Origin: Octopus sinensis
Lineage: Eukaryota
DNA: 64,000 bases
Assembly: GCF_006345805.1 (NCBI RefSeq)
Contig: NC_043015.1
Span: 48,608,001-48,672,000 of the forward strand
Reading direction: 5' to 3'
A program made the position numbers and the translations under genes. Under the pieces are notes generated by a model. It searched no databases. It worked only from the letters and a program-made list of their open reading frames with translations, and had not been told where the DNA came from. This document shows, piece by piece, positions 52,136-64,000 of this stretch; the stretch's first letter is position 1; the number at the start of each line of letters is the position of its first letter.

Positions 52136-52720
52136 AAAATACTCTCTGTATCAATACAAAATACTCCCTGTAACAGATGAAACACACCCTTTATCAGTGC
52201 CAAATACTCCTTATATCATGACATACTCTCTGTATCAATACAAAATACCCCCTTTAACAGCATGAAACACTCCCTGTATGAACATGAAATAAACCCTTTA
52301 TCAGTGCCAAATACTCCTTATATCATGACATACTCTCTGTATCAATACAAAATACCCCCTTTAACAGCATGAAACACTCCCTGTATGAACATGAAATACA
52401 CCCTTTATCAGTGCCAAATACTCCCTATATCATAACATACTCTCTGTATCAACACAAAATACTTCCTAGATCAGCACAAAATACTCCCTGTATCAACAGA
52501 AAATACCCCCTCTATCTGCTCAAAATACTCCCTGTATCATGATATACTCTTATTTCAGCAGAAATTATTCTATCAAGACAAAATACTCCCTGCATCAGCA
52601 CAAAATACTCTCTGTATCAGCATGAAATACTCCTTGTATCAACACAATATACTCCCTATATCAACATGAAATACTCCCTCTATCAGCACAAAGTACTTTC
52701 TGTATCAACATGAAATACAC
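52136..52720. repeat. ~22-bp minisatellite with 107-bp higher-order period
   Basis: Monomer AAATACTCCCTGTATCAACATG; CCCTTTATCAGTGCC recurs at 52187, 52294, 52401. Confidence 0.85.
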
Positions 52721-52805
52721 GTTTTTTAATGCTTTTTGATGCTTTTCAAAAGAAACTTCTAATAACTTCTAATTGTAATATTTGTTATTTTTCCTATAAT
52801 TTTAG

Positions 52806-52882
52806 ATAAGATGTCCCCCTCTACATCCCGGGAAAGTTTGGATTCCACCACATCCTCTGAGACTTCCAATTTGGATAAAAAA
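52806..52882 (+). CDS. WDR44: WDR44 exon l (DKMSPSTSRESLDSTTSSETSNLDKK)
   Basis: tttAG acceptor, GTAAAC donor, phase 1/0, SPS.S.ESL motif. Confidence 0.85.
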
Positions 52883-53054
52883 GTAAACGAGTTGATTTTT
52901 CTTTTTTAACTGTTTTTCATGTTTTTATTGTAATAAATAAAAAACCTTTCACTCACTTTATCTTCTTTTCAAAAATTTATATTTAAAATATGATAAGTAT
53001 TAATATTATCAAATTAATACAAAAAAAAAAAAAACGAAATTTCTTATTCAATTA

Positions 53055-56000
53055 ATACAAGAAGGTGAACTGGAAGAATCATTACAAATGGGAGAGAAGG
53101 GTTTACGAATCCAAGAGGGACAGATAATCAAGTCCTACCTCTGGTCCCATGCTGTAGTGCTGACAGGGAAAGTGATGTGAGGGCAAATCGAAGTGAAGTT
53201 GATACCCCCGTCAACGATGCTATCTCTGATGCCCTTTATTCTGCTTGTTCCCCAACTCCCGCCCCTCAGACTCCACAGCTCAGCATCGTCTGCACCAACT
53301 CGTGCTCCTTATTCCCAAAGTTCAGTGAACTATTTACACTGGCCATACGTGACTCCCCTGATGTGATAGCTATCACCGAGACTTGGCTGACTCCAGCAGT
53401 AAAGGACTCAGAAATCCACCTGCAGGGCTACGTCCTTTTCAGATGTGACAGAGGAAAAAGGCGAGGTGGAGGTGTTGCTGTGTATGTTAAGTCTGAGCAC
53501 AAACCGTCCTGCGGTATTCTACCCACAAATGCTCAACCTACAACCAAATTCGATGCCGTCTATTGCAAGCTGAGCCTATCTGAGTTTTGCCTGCCCGTGT
53601 TGGCTGTCTACAGGCCGCCTCTAGCCGACCCCCAGGACGATGCTCATCTACTCGAAGCGATAAGATTCGTTTCAGCTTCGCATGACTGCTTGGTACTAGG
53701 CGACTTCAACGCTCCACGATCGATTGGCCCGCATCAATTTGTACAACATCTTCCCGGTTCGGCCAGGCCCTTCTTGACGTGGCTGAAGATTGTTTTCTAT
53801 CGCAACATGTTGAATATCCGACAAGGCATCGGTCTGGGCAGCAGCCATCTATGCTAGATCTGGTATTCTCTCCGCTATCCAAGATCAGTGTCACGTATCT
53901 GTGTGCGCCCCTCTTGCCAAGAGTGATCATGCGGTCCTGAAGTTCGTCATGCACACACAACTTTTTCCACGCCCACGATTACTTCGCTGCCACGTAGAGT
54001 CTTCTCTGCAATTAATCTTGAAATTCTAACCGAGGCTTCCGCGCTTCTGGACTGGCGATCCCTGATGACGTTGTCCTCAGTTGACGAACTATGGTCATCC
54101 CTCAAAGCATATGTAATCTGTTTGACTGACCAGGCAGTTCCCGTTGGGCTTCCCAAGAGGAAGAAACACAAGCCCTGGGTGACGAAGAAGGTTAAACGAG
54201 AACGTCGACTCAGAGATATTGCTTGGGCTGAATTCAAAAATCTGGATTCGACTGCAGCAGCTTTTGAGGTATACAAAACTCAACGAGGCCGAGCCGTGAA
54301 AATTGAAAAGAAAGAACGCTTCAGTTATGAATACAAATCGCGGCAAATGCCAGTAGCAATCCAAAAACCTCTTTTTGCCCATGTCCAGCGGAATTCCCGC
54401 TTGAACAACCAGATTGCAACGTTGGTAAACTCAACAGGCGTATCGATTGAGGACCCTTATCAACAGAGTCAATTATTTGCCGAAGCTTTTTCAACTATTT
54501 TCAAACAAGATGATGGTCGTGAACCCCCTCCATTTGATAGATCGGTACCTCCAATGCTTCGATTGATCATCACGCGGGACGAAGTCAAACGTGTTATTCA
54601 AGGCCTCGATGTCAACAAGGGTCACGGCCCTGACGGCATACACCCACGGGTTATCAAAGCATTGGCTCCGGTCATCTGCGAGCCCTTAACACGACTATTC
54701 AATATATGTCATTGGCGACGGGTGTTATACCTGCAGACTGGAGAACAGCGATAATCTGCCCAATTTTCAAGAAAGGGAGCCGCGAAGACCCGCTTAACTA
54801 CCGACCGGTTTCCCTTACATCAATAATCAGCAAGATGTTCGAAACCATCCTTAAGAAAAGTATGATGCTCCACCTCCTAAACACAGCCTCGATCACTGAT
54901 TCCCAACACGGCTTCGTGCTGAAGAGATCATGCTTGACCAACTTACTAGTAATGGAAGAATTGTGACGCGCATCCTCGATGATAGTGATGCTGTTGACAT
55001 CGTTTTATTGGACTTTGCCAAAGCTTTTGACTCGGTAAACCACCGCCTACTACTTGTCAAGCTTCAAGCATAGTTTCCATCCGGATATTGTACGATGGGT
55101 TGGTGCCTTCCTCTCAGATCGCTCCTTCCAAGTTCAAGTTAATGGTTCGCGGTCCGACGTCTCAGTGCGAGCAGTGGCGTGCCTCAAGGTTCAGTGCCTG
55201 GGCCCTTGTTGTTCTTAGTCTTCATAAATGACTTGCCCGACGACCTCACGCAACACACCCTTCTATTTGCCGACGATATCAAACTGGTCGCTCCTCGCGG
55301 TAGTATAGAGGATCTTCGTCGATGCCTCCACCAAATTTGGAAGTGGTCTAACGATTGGAAGTGCTGTCATCTGCCTGTCGGCTCTACTCCTGCAACTCAA
55401 CTTGATTTCGAGCCAGGTCGTCTGCTGCTGGAGAGGACCGATCAGGTAAAGGACCTGGGTATCTTGGTGGATTCCTCCTTTTCGCCTTCGGCCCAGTGCG
55501 TCCATGCTGCCAACAAAGCGCGCGGAATTCTGTTTTTGATTCGACGGTCATTCGGAATGCCCACAGCAGCAATATTCCTGCCACTCTATGTCACGCTGGT
55601 GAGACCCATATTGGAGTATGGGATTCAAGCCTCTTCTCCTTATCTCCTCAAAGACATACAGCATCTCGAAAGAGTCCAGAGGCTGGCTACCCGCATGGTT
55701 CATGGTCTCAAAAATTTGTCCTACGAAGAAAGGCTGAGGACGCTCGACCTTTATTCTCTTGAAAAACGCCGCCGCCGTGGTGATCTCATTCTCGCCCACA
55801 ACATCATAAGCGGGAAGTGTAACCTCTCGAAAGAGCTGTTCTTCACTCCTGCTCTGGAGCGTCGGCTGCGGGGTCATTCTGAAAAGCTCTACCTGTGACG
55901 ATTTCATCTCAATCGAAGGAGAGGAGCTTTCTCCGTCCGGGTTGCGGATCCGTGGAACAAGCTGCCAGACAAGATGGTGAAGATGCCGACGACCGCTTTG

Positions 56001-56130
56001 TTCAAAGCCTCCCTGGACCTCAAGTGGCCTGAACTCTTTACATGAACACCACCCTGTACTTAACTCCATGTCCCCCTACATGGCCTTGCTATTTGCTTTT
56101 GAGCCAAATTAACTAACTAACTAACTAACA
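53055..56130 (+). mobile_element. CR1-clade LINE: ORF1 C-terminal remnant + near-complete but disrupted ORF2 (APE endonuclease + RT)
   Basis: ITETWL, RGGGVAVY, VYRPP, GDFNAP (endonuclease); NYRPVSLTS, QHGF, DFAKAFDSV, VPQGSVPGPLLF, FADDIKL (RT); (AACT)n tail; several frameshifts and stops. Confidence 0.95.
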
Positions 56131-56181
56131 TTAGCGCATGAAACAAAATCCGAGCAGCAATTTTTCTGGCTTCACATTCTG

Positions 56182-56752
56182 AGTTCAAATTCTGCTGATG
56201 TCAAATTTGCCTTTCATCCTTTCGGAGTGGATAAAATAAAGTATCAGTCAAGTACTGGGGGTCGATGTAATGAACTTTTCCCCTTCCTTCAAAAATTGCT
56301 GGCCTTGTGCCTTAATTAGAAAGAATCATTAGTTCAAATTCTGCTGATGTCAAATTGCCTTTCATCCTTTCGGAGTGGATAAAATAAAGTATCAGTCAAG
56401 TACTGGGGGTCGATGTAATGAACTTTTCCCCTTCCTTCAAAAATTGCTGGCCTTGTGCCTTAATTAGAAAGAATCATTAGTTCAAATTCTGCTGATGTCA
56501 AATTTGCCTTTCATCCTTTCGGAGTGGATAAAATAAAGTACTGGTGTCGATGTAATGAACTTTTCCCCTTCCTTCAAAAATTTCTGGCCTTGTGCCTTAA
56601 TTAGAAAGAATCATTAGTTCAAATTCTGCTGAAGTCAAATTTGCCTTTCATCCTTTCAGGGTGGATAAAATAAAGTACTGGGGTCGATGTAATGAACTTT
56701 TCCCCTCCCTTCAAAAATTGCTGGCCTTGTGCCTTAATTAGAAAAAATCATT
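56182..56752 (+). repeat. Tandem array of a SINE B segment (4 units, 149/148/137/137 bp)
   Basis: AGTTCAAATTCTGCTGA recurs at 56182, 56331, 56479, 56616. Confidence 0.9.
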
Positions 56753-57374
56753 AAATTAATTCAATTTCATTTGATTATTGAAATGTTTAATACCTCTCAA
56801 GTAATTGACATGTTCTTTTAAATTATTGTCTGAAAATGTTGTCTAAAAATTGCTGGCCTTGTGCCTTAATTAGAAAGAATCGTTAAATTAATTCAATTTC
56901 ATTTGATTATTGAAATGTTTAATACCTCTCAAGTGATTGACATGTTCTTTTAAATTATTGTCTGAAAATGTTGTCTAAAAATTGCTGGCCTTGTGCCTTA
57001 ATTAGAAAGAATCGTTAAATTAATTCAATTTCATTTGATTATTGAAATGTTTAATACCTCTCAAGTGATTGACATGTTCTTTTAAATTATTGTCTGAAAA
57101 TGTTGTCTAAAAATTGCTGGCCTTGTGCCTTAATTAGAAAGAATCATTAAATTAATTCAATTTTATTTGATTATTGAAATGTTTAATACCCCTCAAGTGA
57201 TTGACATGTTCTTTTAAATTATTGTCTGAAAATGTTGTCTAAAAATTGCTGGCCTTGTGCCTTAATTAGAAAGAATCGTTAAATTAATTCAATTTCATTT
57301 GATTATTGAAATGTTTAATACCTCTCAAGTGATTGACATGTTCTTTTAAATTATTGTCTGAAAATGTTGTCTAA
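56713..57374 (+). repeat. Tandem array, 5 x 132 bp
   Basis: AAAAATTGCTGGCC at 56713, 56845, 56977, 57109, 57241. Confidence 0.95.
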
Positions 57375-57429
57375 AGCAGTTGTTTCACATTTCAGTTATT
57401 GTTTGTGCTTTTTTTTTTCATGTTTTCAG

Positions 57430-57537
57430 GGAATTGGACAAACTGAAGATGAATACAAAAATGCTCCATTTGTGAAAAAGCCTTTCTGCACCTATAGAGG
57501 ACATTCTGCTGACCTATTAGATATCTCATGGTCCAAG
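57430..57537 (+). CDS. WDR44: WDR44 exon m (GIGQTEDEYKNAPFVKKPFCTYRGHSADLLDISWSK)
   Basis: ttcAG acceptor, GTAGCT donor, WD40 GH.ADLLD.SWSK motif. Confidence 0.95.
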
Positions 57538-58820
57538 GTAGCTTTCTGGTTTCTTACAGCCTAACTAGGTAATGTTCATTAAGACAAACCAAATGCCAAA
57601 CTTGGAGAAGTTTGTTTGAAAATATTCCAAACGTGTTTTTAAAACTGAAATTCGATATTCCTCCTAATATTTCTAACCTGCCACAGCTTTTGAGTATTTT
57701 CAAATTATTGTTGTTTTAATTAGGAACTCTAATTAGATTTACATTTCAGCAACCACGTGGTTCCGGGTTCAGTCCCACTGCGTGGCACCTTCAGCAAGTG
57801 TCTTCTACTATAGCCTCAGGCCGACCAAAGCCTTGTGAGTGGATTTGGTAGACGGAAACTGAAAGAAGCATGTCGTATATATGTGTATATATATATACAC
57901 ATATATACGACATGCTTATATATATATATATATATGTACGTGTGTGTATATGTTTGTGTGTCTGTGTTTGTTCCCTCAACATCACTTGACAACCGATACT
58001 GGTGTGTTTACGTCCCCATCACTTAGCAGTTCGGCAAAAGAGACCAATAGAATAAGTACTAGGCTTACAAAGGGTAAGTCCTTGGGGCGATTTGCTCGAC
58101 TAAAGGTGGTGCTCCAGCATGGCCACAGTCAAATGACTGAAACGAGTAAAAGAGTATTTAATGCCTATATTCCTTGCTGGCATGGGTTGGATGGTTTGAC
58201 AAGACTCCAGTCTCTGCTTAGGTGTGGTTTCTACAGATGGATCCCTTCTTAATGCAAACCACTTTAAAACATGTACTGGGTCCTTTTTAAAGGAAACTTT
58301 CAAATAAACAAATTGCCTGTTCAACCCATTCTCTCTATTATATTGGCAACGTGTTCACTTATTGTACATTCATCCATTTTCTCTGCCCGCTATTCCTGGG
58401 AGAGTTATTGGTGTAGAGCCCTGTAGCATCTCCTCCATAGGATCTTACCAGAAGCAACTGTTATTACTTCCCGGCTAGATTCCCAACCATTTCATTCTTG
58501 CTCTACTCCCAAGTCTCCTGCTAAATGGCTTGGTTTAAAGAATTTGTCTTGTAATTCTTTCCTGTGACATTCTAATGACTTATTTTGGGACCCTAAATTA
58601 TCAGATATTCTGCCCCCTACCCCCTCTCATTATTTCTATTCTTGATTTCGTTTGTGTTCTTTTTAGAGATTCCAGTTCAGAATCAACAACTAGGCATCTG
58701 CTTTTAATTTTCTGCAAATATGTTTTACAATGGCAAATAGCAGAGTCAGGTCCAACCTAAAAATGCTATTAAACTGCTATTAAACTCTTCAAAATTTTAA
58801 ACCTTTAGAAATCCCTCACA

Positions 58821-58993
58821 TAGGTATAGGAGTGGCTGTGTGGTAAGTAGCTTGCTTACGAACCACATGGTTCCGGGTTCAGTCCCACTGCGTGGCACCT
58901 TGGGTAAGTGTCTTCTACTATAGCCTCGGGCTGACCAAAGCCTTGTGAGTGGATTTGGTAGACGGAAACTGAAAGAAGCCCGTCGTATATATG

Positions 58994-59049
<56 letters not shown>

Positions 59050-59285
59050 ATATATATGTATGTGCGTGTTTGTGTGTATATGTTTGTCCCCCCAACATCA
59101 CTTGACAACAGATGCTGGTGTGTTTACATCCCCATAACTTAGCGGTTCGGCAAAAAAGAGACCGATAAAATAAGTACTAGGCTTACAAAGAATAAGTCCT
59201 GGGGTCGATTTGATCGACTAAAGGCGGTGCTCCAGCATGGCCAGAGTCATATGACTGAAACAAGTAAAAGAGTAAAGAGAGAGTA
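58821..59285 (+). mobile_element. SINE family A, full length
   Basis: tRNA-like head, CORE-like block, long internal (TA)n, AAAGAGT tail; more copies near 16450-17010(-), 31988-32380, 57749-58155. Confidence 0.88.
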
Positions 59286-59447
59286 TTTAATGATTTTCTA
59301 ATTTGCTTTTAGAAAGCTTCTAATTAGTAAAAAACAACATTTTGAGACATTTCAATTACCACTGATTTTTTCTCAGTGATCTAATTCATCCTTTTGATAC
59401 CAACCTGCCTAAGAACCCCACTCCCACCCCAAATTCTGTAGTACAAA

Positions 59448-59808
59448 CTAGCACTAACCCGGCGTTGCCGGGTCATAGTGCTGGTGCATGCATATACAGC
59501 TGCGTGCGTGCGCACATACACGCGAGTACTGTCCAAATCTCCGACCAATCACATACAGCTAGCTGGCATTCAATTGGCGTATCAAGTTTTGGGCATTTTG
59601 ATTGGGTTTTGGATAGAAAATTCACCAAAAGTCACTTCTATTGATTTTTTAATGGTTTTGCGGTGTGGCTGGGGAAATGTAAAGATGTGCACGACCACCC
59701 TTGGACGGTTTTGAATGACCATAGAAAGTGCGAGCCCTCTAACTAAAAAATTGTGGATTTGTATAAAGGACATGCACACAGACATTTTGCCGTTTATATA
59801 TATAGAGA
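59448..59808 (-). mobile_element. Non-autonomous Helitron nested in a TTAA MITE (59385-59963)
   Basis: On - strand: A|TCTCTATATATATAAAC ... CCCGGCAACGCCGGG hairpin ... CTAG|T. Confidence 0.9.
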
Positions 59809-60010
59809 TGTCTTGTTTTCAAAAATTCTGAATTAAAATCTTTCACTTAGTCTTAATTTATGTTCCTAACACTTACTTAAAAATAACAGTTAGTTTTGTT
59901 TTATTTAAAATTAATTGAAACAAACAAGATATCTCAACAGAAATATTGTAACGAAGGAGTTAATTAAATCCAATGTTTTATTCTGTATTTTCATTTTTTT
60001 TATTCTTTAG

Positions 60011-60133
60011 AACTATTTCATTTTGTCATCATCAATGGATAAAACCGTACGGCTATGGCATATATCACGACGAGAATGTTTATGTACTTTCCAGCACATT
60101 GACTTCGTTACAGCTATTGTCTTTCACCCTAAG
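60011..60133 (+). CDS. WDR44: WDR44 exon n ([41 protein letters not shown])
   Basis: tttAG acceptor, GTGAGT donor, highly conserved WD40 repeat. Confidence 0.97.
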
Positions 60134-60216
60134 GTGAGTCAGCTTGCAGCTAGGGTTCTATGCACTCCCTTTGATTACTATTTTATTCTGGTGAACCCCT
60201 ATAGCCATTTCAATGT

Positions 60217-60669
60217 TTAACCCTTTAGCATTTAGATTGTTCTGCCAAATGTAAAGCTTATGTATTCACACCATGTAAAATTAATCTTGCATCATTTCAT
60301 GGCTTTGAGATTTCAATGATGTGATTGTTTATTTTTAAAATGACACAATAAGGTAGCTATGAATGACTATATCTGACTAGTTTGAACACAAAACAGGTAG
60401 AATATTTTGGCCGGATATGGCCGGTTTAAATACTAAAGGGTTAACCCTTTAGCATTTAAACCAGCCATATCCGGCCAAAAGTATTCTGCCTGTTTTATGG
60501 TCAAACTGACCAGATCTGGTCTCTCACACCAACCCTACAATATCGTTTTAAAAATTAACAGCTACCTCATCAAAATCTCATAGCTACAAAATAATGCATG
60601 ATTAACTCAAAACAATGTGGATAAAAAAGGATTAACTTTGGCAGAATAATGCAAACACTAAAGGGTTAA
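60217..60669. mobile_element. Two TTAA MITEs (family 2) head-to-head sharing one TTAA
   Basis: TTAA at 60217, 60441, 60666; central CTAAAGGGTTAACCCTTTAG palindrome. Confidence 0.85.
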
Positions 60670-61451
60670 AAACTAGTTTTATAGAAACTTCTTTAAAAGT
60701 TACTATTTCGTACCATACAATCAAGAAGATATCGTTTTTTTTTTTTCTTCAAACACAGTATTGCCATTAGAACACCAGAAAAGGCAGAAAAATGTGTCCA
60801 CAAACAGCCATGTAAGGGTAATTTACCCAGAATATCTGGTGTTCTAATGGCAATTCTGTATTCCAAATTTTAAAAAGTCGTTTTGTTTGTATTGTACAAT
60901 TCATATTTCGATGCTTCTAAAAGAACAAATGTTAGTTTCTTCATATTTATATAAATGTCCTATTTTGTTTTTCATGCATTAACTTGTATAGGTTGATCTA
61001 TGTCAAATGTTAGATAAAGAAACCTAGCTGTTTCTTGCAATACTTACCAAAACATACATCTAAAACCAAATTTTCTTCAGTGGCCCTTAAAATACTATTG
61101 TAGATCCCCAATTTACTATTTTGCTGTGTGGACCCACAAAAATTTTATATGGATCCCCCAGGGTCCATAAAAGACACACGCATGCACATTCACACATGCA
61201 TACGCATGTACATGCACACGCATGTACATGCATACGCATGTACATGCATGTATTCACACACGTGTACAGTCATGTGTTCACATGTATACATGCACATATA
61301 CAAGCACACATATATGCACACCATGCGTATGCATGTAGACATATATGCATGTATGCACATGCACATATGCTCATATACACATGTACACATTGCAATCATT
61401 TCTCTCTCTTTGCTTTTTTTTTGCCTATTTACATTTATTTATCAATTACAG

Positions 61452-61643
61452 GATGACCGGTACTTTCTAAGTGGTTCCCTTGATGGCAAACTACGGTTAT
61501 GGAATATACCTGATAAAAAAGTGACTCTCTGGAATGAAGTGAGCAGTCCGTCTAATTTAATCACAACTGCTAACTTCTGTAATAATGGGAAATATGCAGT
61601 AGTTGGCACTTATGATGGTAAATGCATATTTTTTACAACAGAG
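61452..61643 (+). CDS. WDR44: WDR44 exon o (DDRYFLSGSLDGKLRLWNIPDKK...GTYDGKCIFFTTE)
   Basis: tacAG acceptor, GTAAGA donor, highly conserved WD40 repeats. Confidence 0.97.
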
Positions 61644-62514
61644 GTAAGAACCGACTTTTTTGTTAACCCCTCTTTAATTATCGTCTAAAAGGTTTAAGGG
61701 TAAAAATCCCCTTTGGTCATGAATGACCATGGAATTACACTTAGAAAGTTCCCCTCTGAGGCACAAGTCTGGGCAAGGTTGCTTGTGGAAGACCAGCAGT
61801 CGCCCATGCAGACCTATTTCTTTATTACCCACAAGGGGCTAAACATAGAGGGGACAAACAAGGACAGACATAGGTATTAAGTCGATTACATTGACCCAGT
61901 GCGTAACTGGTACTTAATTTATCGACCCCGAAAGGATGAAAGGCAAAGTCGACCTCGGCGGAATTTGAACTCACACCGTAACGGCAGCCGAAATACCGCC
62001 AATGTTATCCAAGAGAAATGCAAAGGGCGATACAACTTGACACCAGTGGCATCGCAACCCATTTCTGAACTGGAGCAATGTGAAATAAAATGTCTTGCTC
62101 AAGAACACAATGCAAAGCCCAGTCCAGGAATCGAACTCACTACCTCATGATTGTGAGCCCAACGCTCTTACCACTGAGTCATGGGCCCTCACCAATTATC
62201 AACTAATGCTAAAATATATACATCAGCATTGTTTGAACATCCAGTTTCCTATGTTTGCACGGATTAGACAGAAATTAGTGAGGCAGATTATCTACTGCCA
62301 GATGCCCTTCCTGTCACCAGTCCTCACTTGTTTCAAAGCAAGTTAATATTTCCCCATGACCAGATATTGTTTTCAGAGAAGTTTGAAAATGAAGGATACT
62401 GCTCATATGATTCTTGTATTTGCTTCAGTCATTTGACTGTGGCCATGCTGGAGCACTGCCTTTAGTCAAACAAATCAACCCCAGGACTTACTCTTTGTAA
62501 GCCTATTACTTATT

Positions 62515-62905
62515 CAGAAACCTGGACGTTATCAAAGAAGCTTGAGAGGCGGTTGGATGGAATCTACACTCGCCTCCTTATGAGAGCTCAAAATCTCTCG
62601 TGGAAGCGTCATCCAACCAAAATGCAAATATATGGGAAAGTGCCACCTGTGTCATCTCTTGTGAAAGGTAGGAGAGTCCAGTTTGCTGGACATTGTTGTA
62701 GAGCTGAAAACGAGGCAATTTCTACTCTTCTCCTCTGGAAGCCATCTACTCGCAATACCAGAGGGCACACACTCTCCTACCCTGACGTAATCTCCAGGGA
62801 TACAGGCATCCAGCAACAGGACCTCCGTAATGCCATGATGGACCATGAAGTCTGGCGTAGCATGGTAAATTCCATTGACTCGACCACGGTCGAACAATGA
62901 TGATA
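62515..62905 (+). mobile_element. RTE-clade LINE 3' fragment
   Basis: LDGIYTRLL...RRVQFAGHCCR...LLLWKPS...DLRNAMMDHEVWR, ending TGATGAT. Confidence 0.85.
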
Positions 62906-63155
62906 ATTACTTATTCTATCAGTCCACAGTGCTTTGGTTAGCCCAAGGCTGCAGTAGAAGATACTTAATCAAGGTGTCATGCAGTGGAATTGGAACCAGA
63001 ACCATGTGGCTAAGAAGCAAGTTTCTTACCACACAGCCTCACATGCACCTATTTCTGTTACCTTTTTCAACCAAATAAATTCTACCTTAAATTACTTATA
63101 CATCTACTTATTTTCCATTTATTATATTCGTAAAAGTTTTGCTAGCTCAAAGGTT

Positions 63156-63381
63156 TTAACTCTTTAGTATTTAAACCAGCCTCATCTGGCCAAAATATTC
63201 CACCTGTTTTATTCCACCCAACCAGATCCTGCCTCTCATACCTACCCTACAATGGCATTCTAAAAATAATGAATTATCTCATTGAAATCTCATAGCTACA
63301 AGATAATACACGATTAATTTAAAACAATGTAAATAAATAAACATTACATCCGACAGAGTAATCTGATTGCTAAAGGGTTAA
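63156..63381. mobile_element. TTAA MITE family 2
   Basis: TTAACTCTTTAGTATTT ... TGCTAAAGGGTTAA. Confidence 0.75.
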
Positions 63382-64000
63382 ATACCAAATTTATTATACA
63401 AGATCCCCGCCTGCAATGCCCCCTCCCCTCTCAAAGATTCCTTGTGTTGCAAGTTATTCGGTGACCCTGCCAGTGCTGGTGCCCCGTAAAAAGCATTGCT
63501 TGTGCTGGCACCACGTAAAATGCACTCAGTCCACTCTGTAGGGTGACTGGTGCTAGGAAGGGCATCCAGCCGTAAAAGCCATACCAAAACAGACATAGAA
63601 GTCTGGTGTAGTTTTCTGCTTGGCTGGATCCTGTCAAATCATCCAACCCATACCAGCATGGAAGGAGGGTGTTTAATGATGGTGAGGATGATCAATATCA
63701 TGATCATGAGTTCAAAAGAGAACTTTGATTTTCAGTTATAATTTTAGTCAACATCTCTCTAATGTGTTTTGTCGTTGCTAGCCCAAAACATACTTAGCTG
63801 TAAAATACATGCTGTCTATGGCACGTAAAAAGCACCATCCGTTCGTGGCCATTGCCAGCCTCACCTGGCCCCCATGCCGGTGGCACGTAAAAACACCATC
63901 CGATCGTGGCCGTTTGCCAGCCTCGTCTGGCACCTGTGCCAGTGGCATGTAAAAAGCACCCACTACACTCATGGAGTGGTTGGCGTTAGGAAGGGCATCC

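Larger units (their letters stand above)
11332..61643 (+). other. WDR44: WDR44-like gene, 15 coding exons in window, incomplete at both ends
   Basis: All exon phases join in frame. Peptides match what I recall of WDR44: [160 protein letters not shown]. Confidence 0.95.

Overview
AT-rich, microsatellite- and retroposon-dense animal genomic DNA; the repeat landscape suggests an octopus (inference). The only host gene I can support is a + strand WDR44 (Rab11-binding WD40 protein) orthologue. I rebuilt 15 GT-AG exons from 11332 to 61643 (2128 nt, about 709 codons) whose phases join without a frameshift. The start-codon exon and the last exons lie outside the window or were not found. The introns contain three tRNA-headed SINE families, many 5'-truncated RTE-type LINE 3' ends with (GAT)n tails, a ~3 kb frameshifted CR1-type LINE plus two short 3' copies, Tc1/mariner relics, TTAA MITEs, Helitron/Helentron-type non-autonomous elements and several tandem arrays. 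The most notable signal is a set of minimal hammerhead-ribozyme-like motifs in at least four unrelated short repeat families, which resemble Penelope-like element termini. One forms an inverted pair whose two copies decayed in complementary halves. Everything was read by eye; no alignments, folding or database searches were run.
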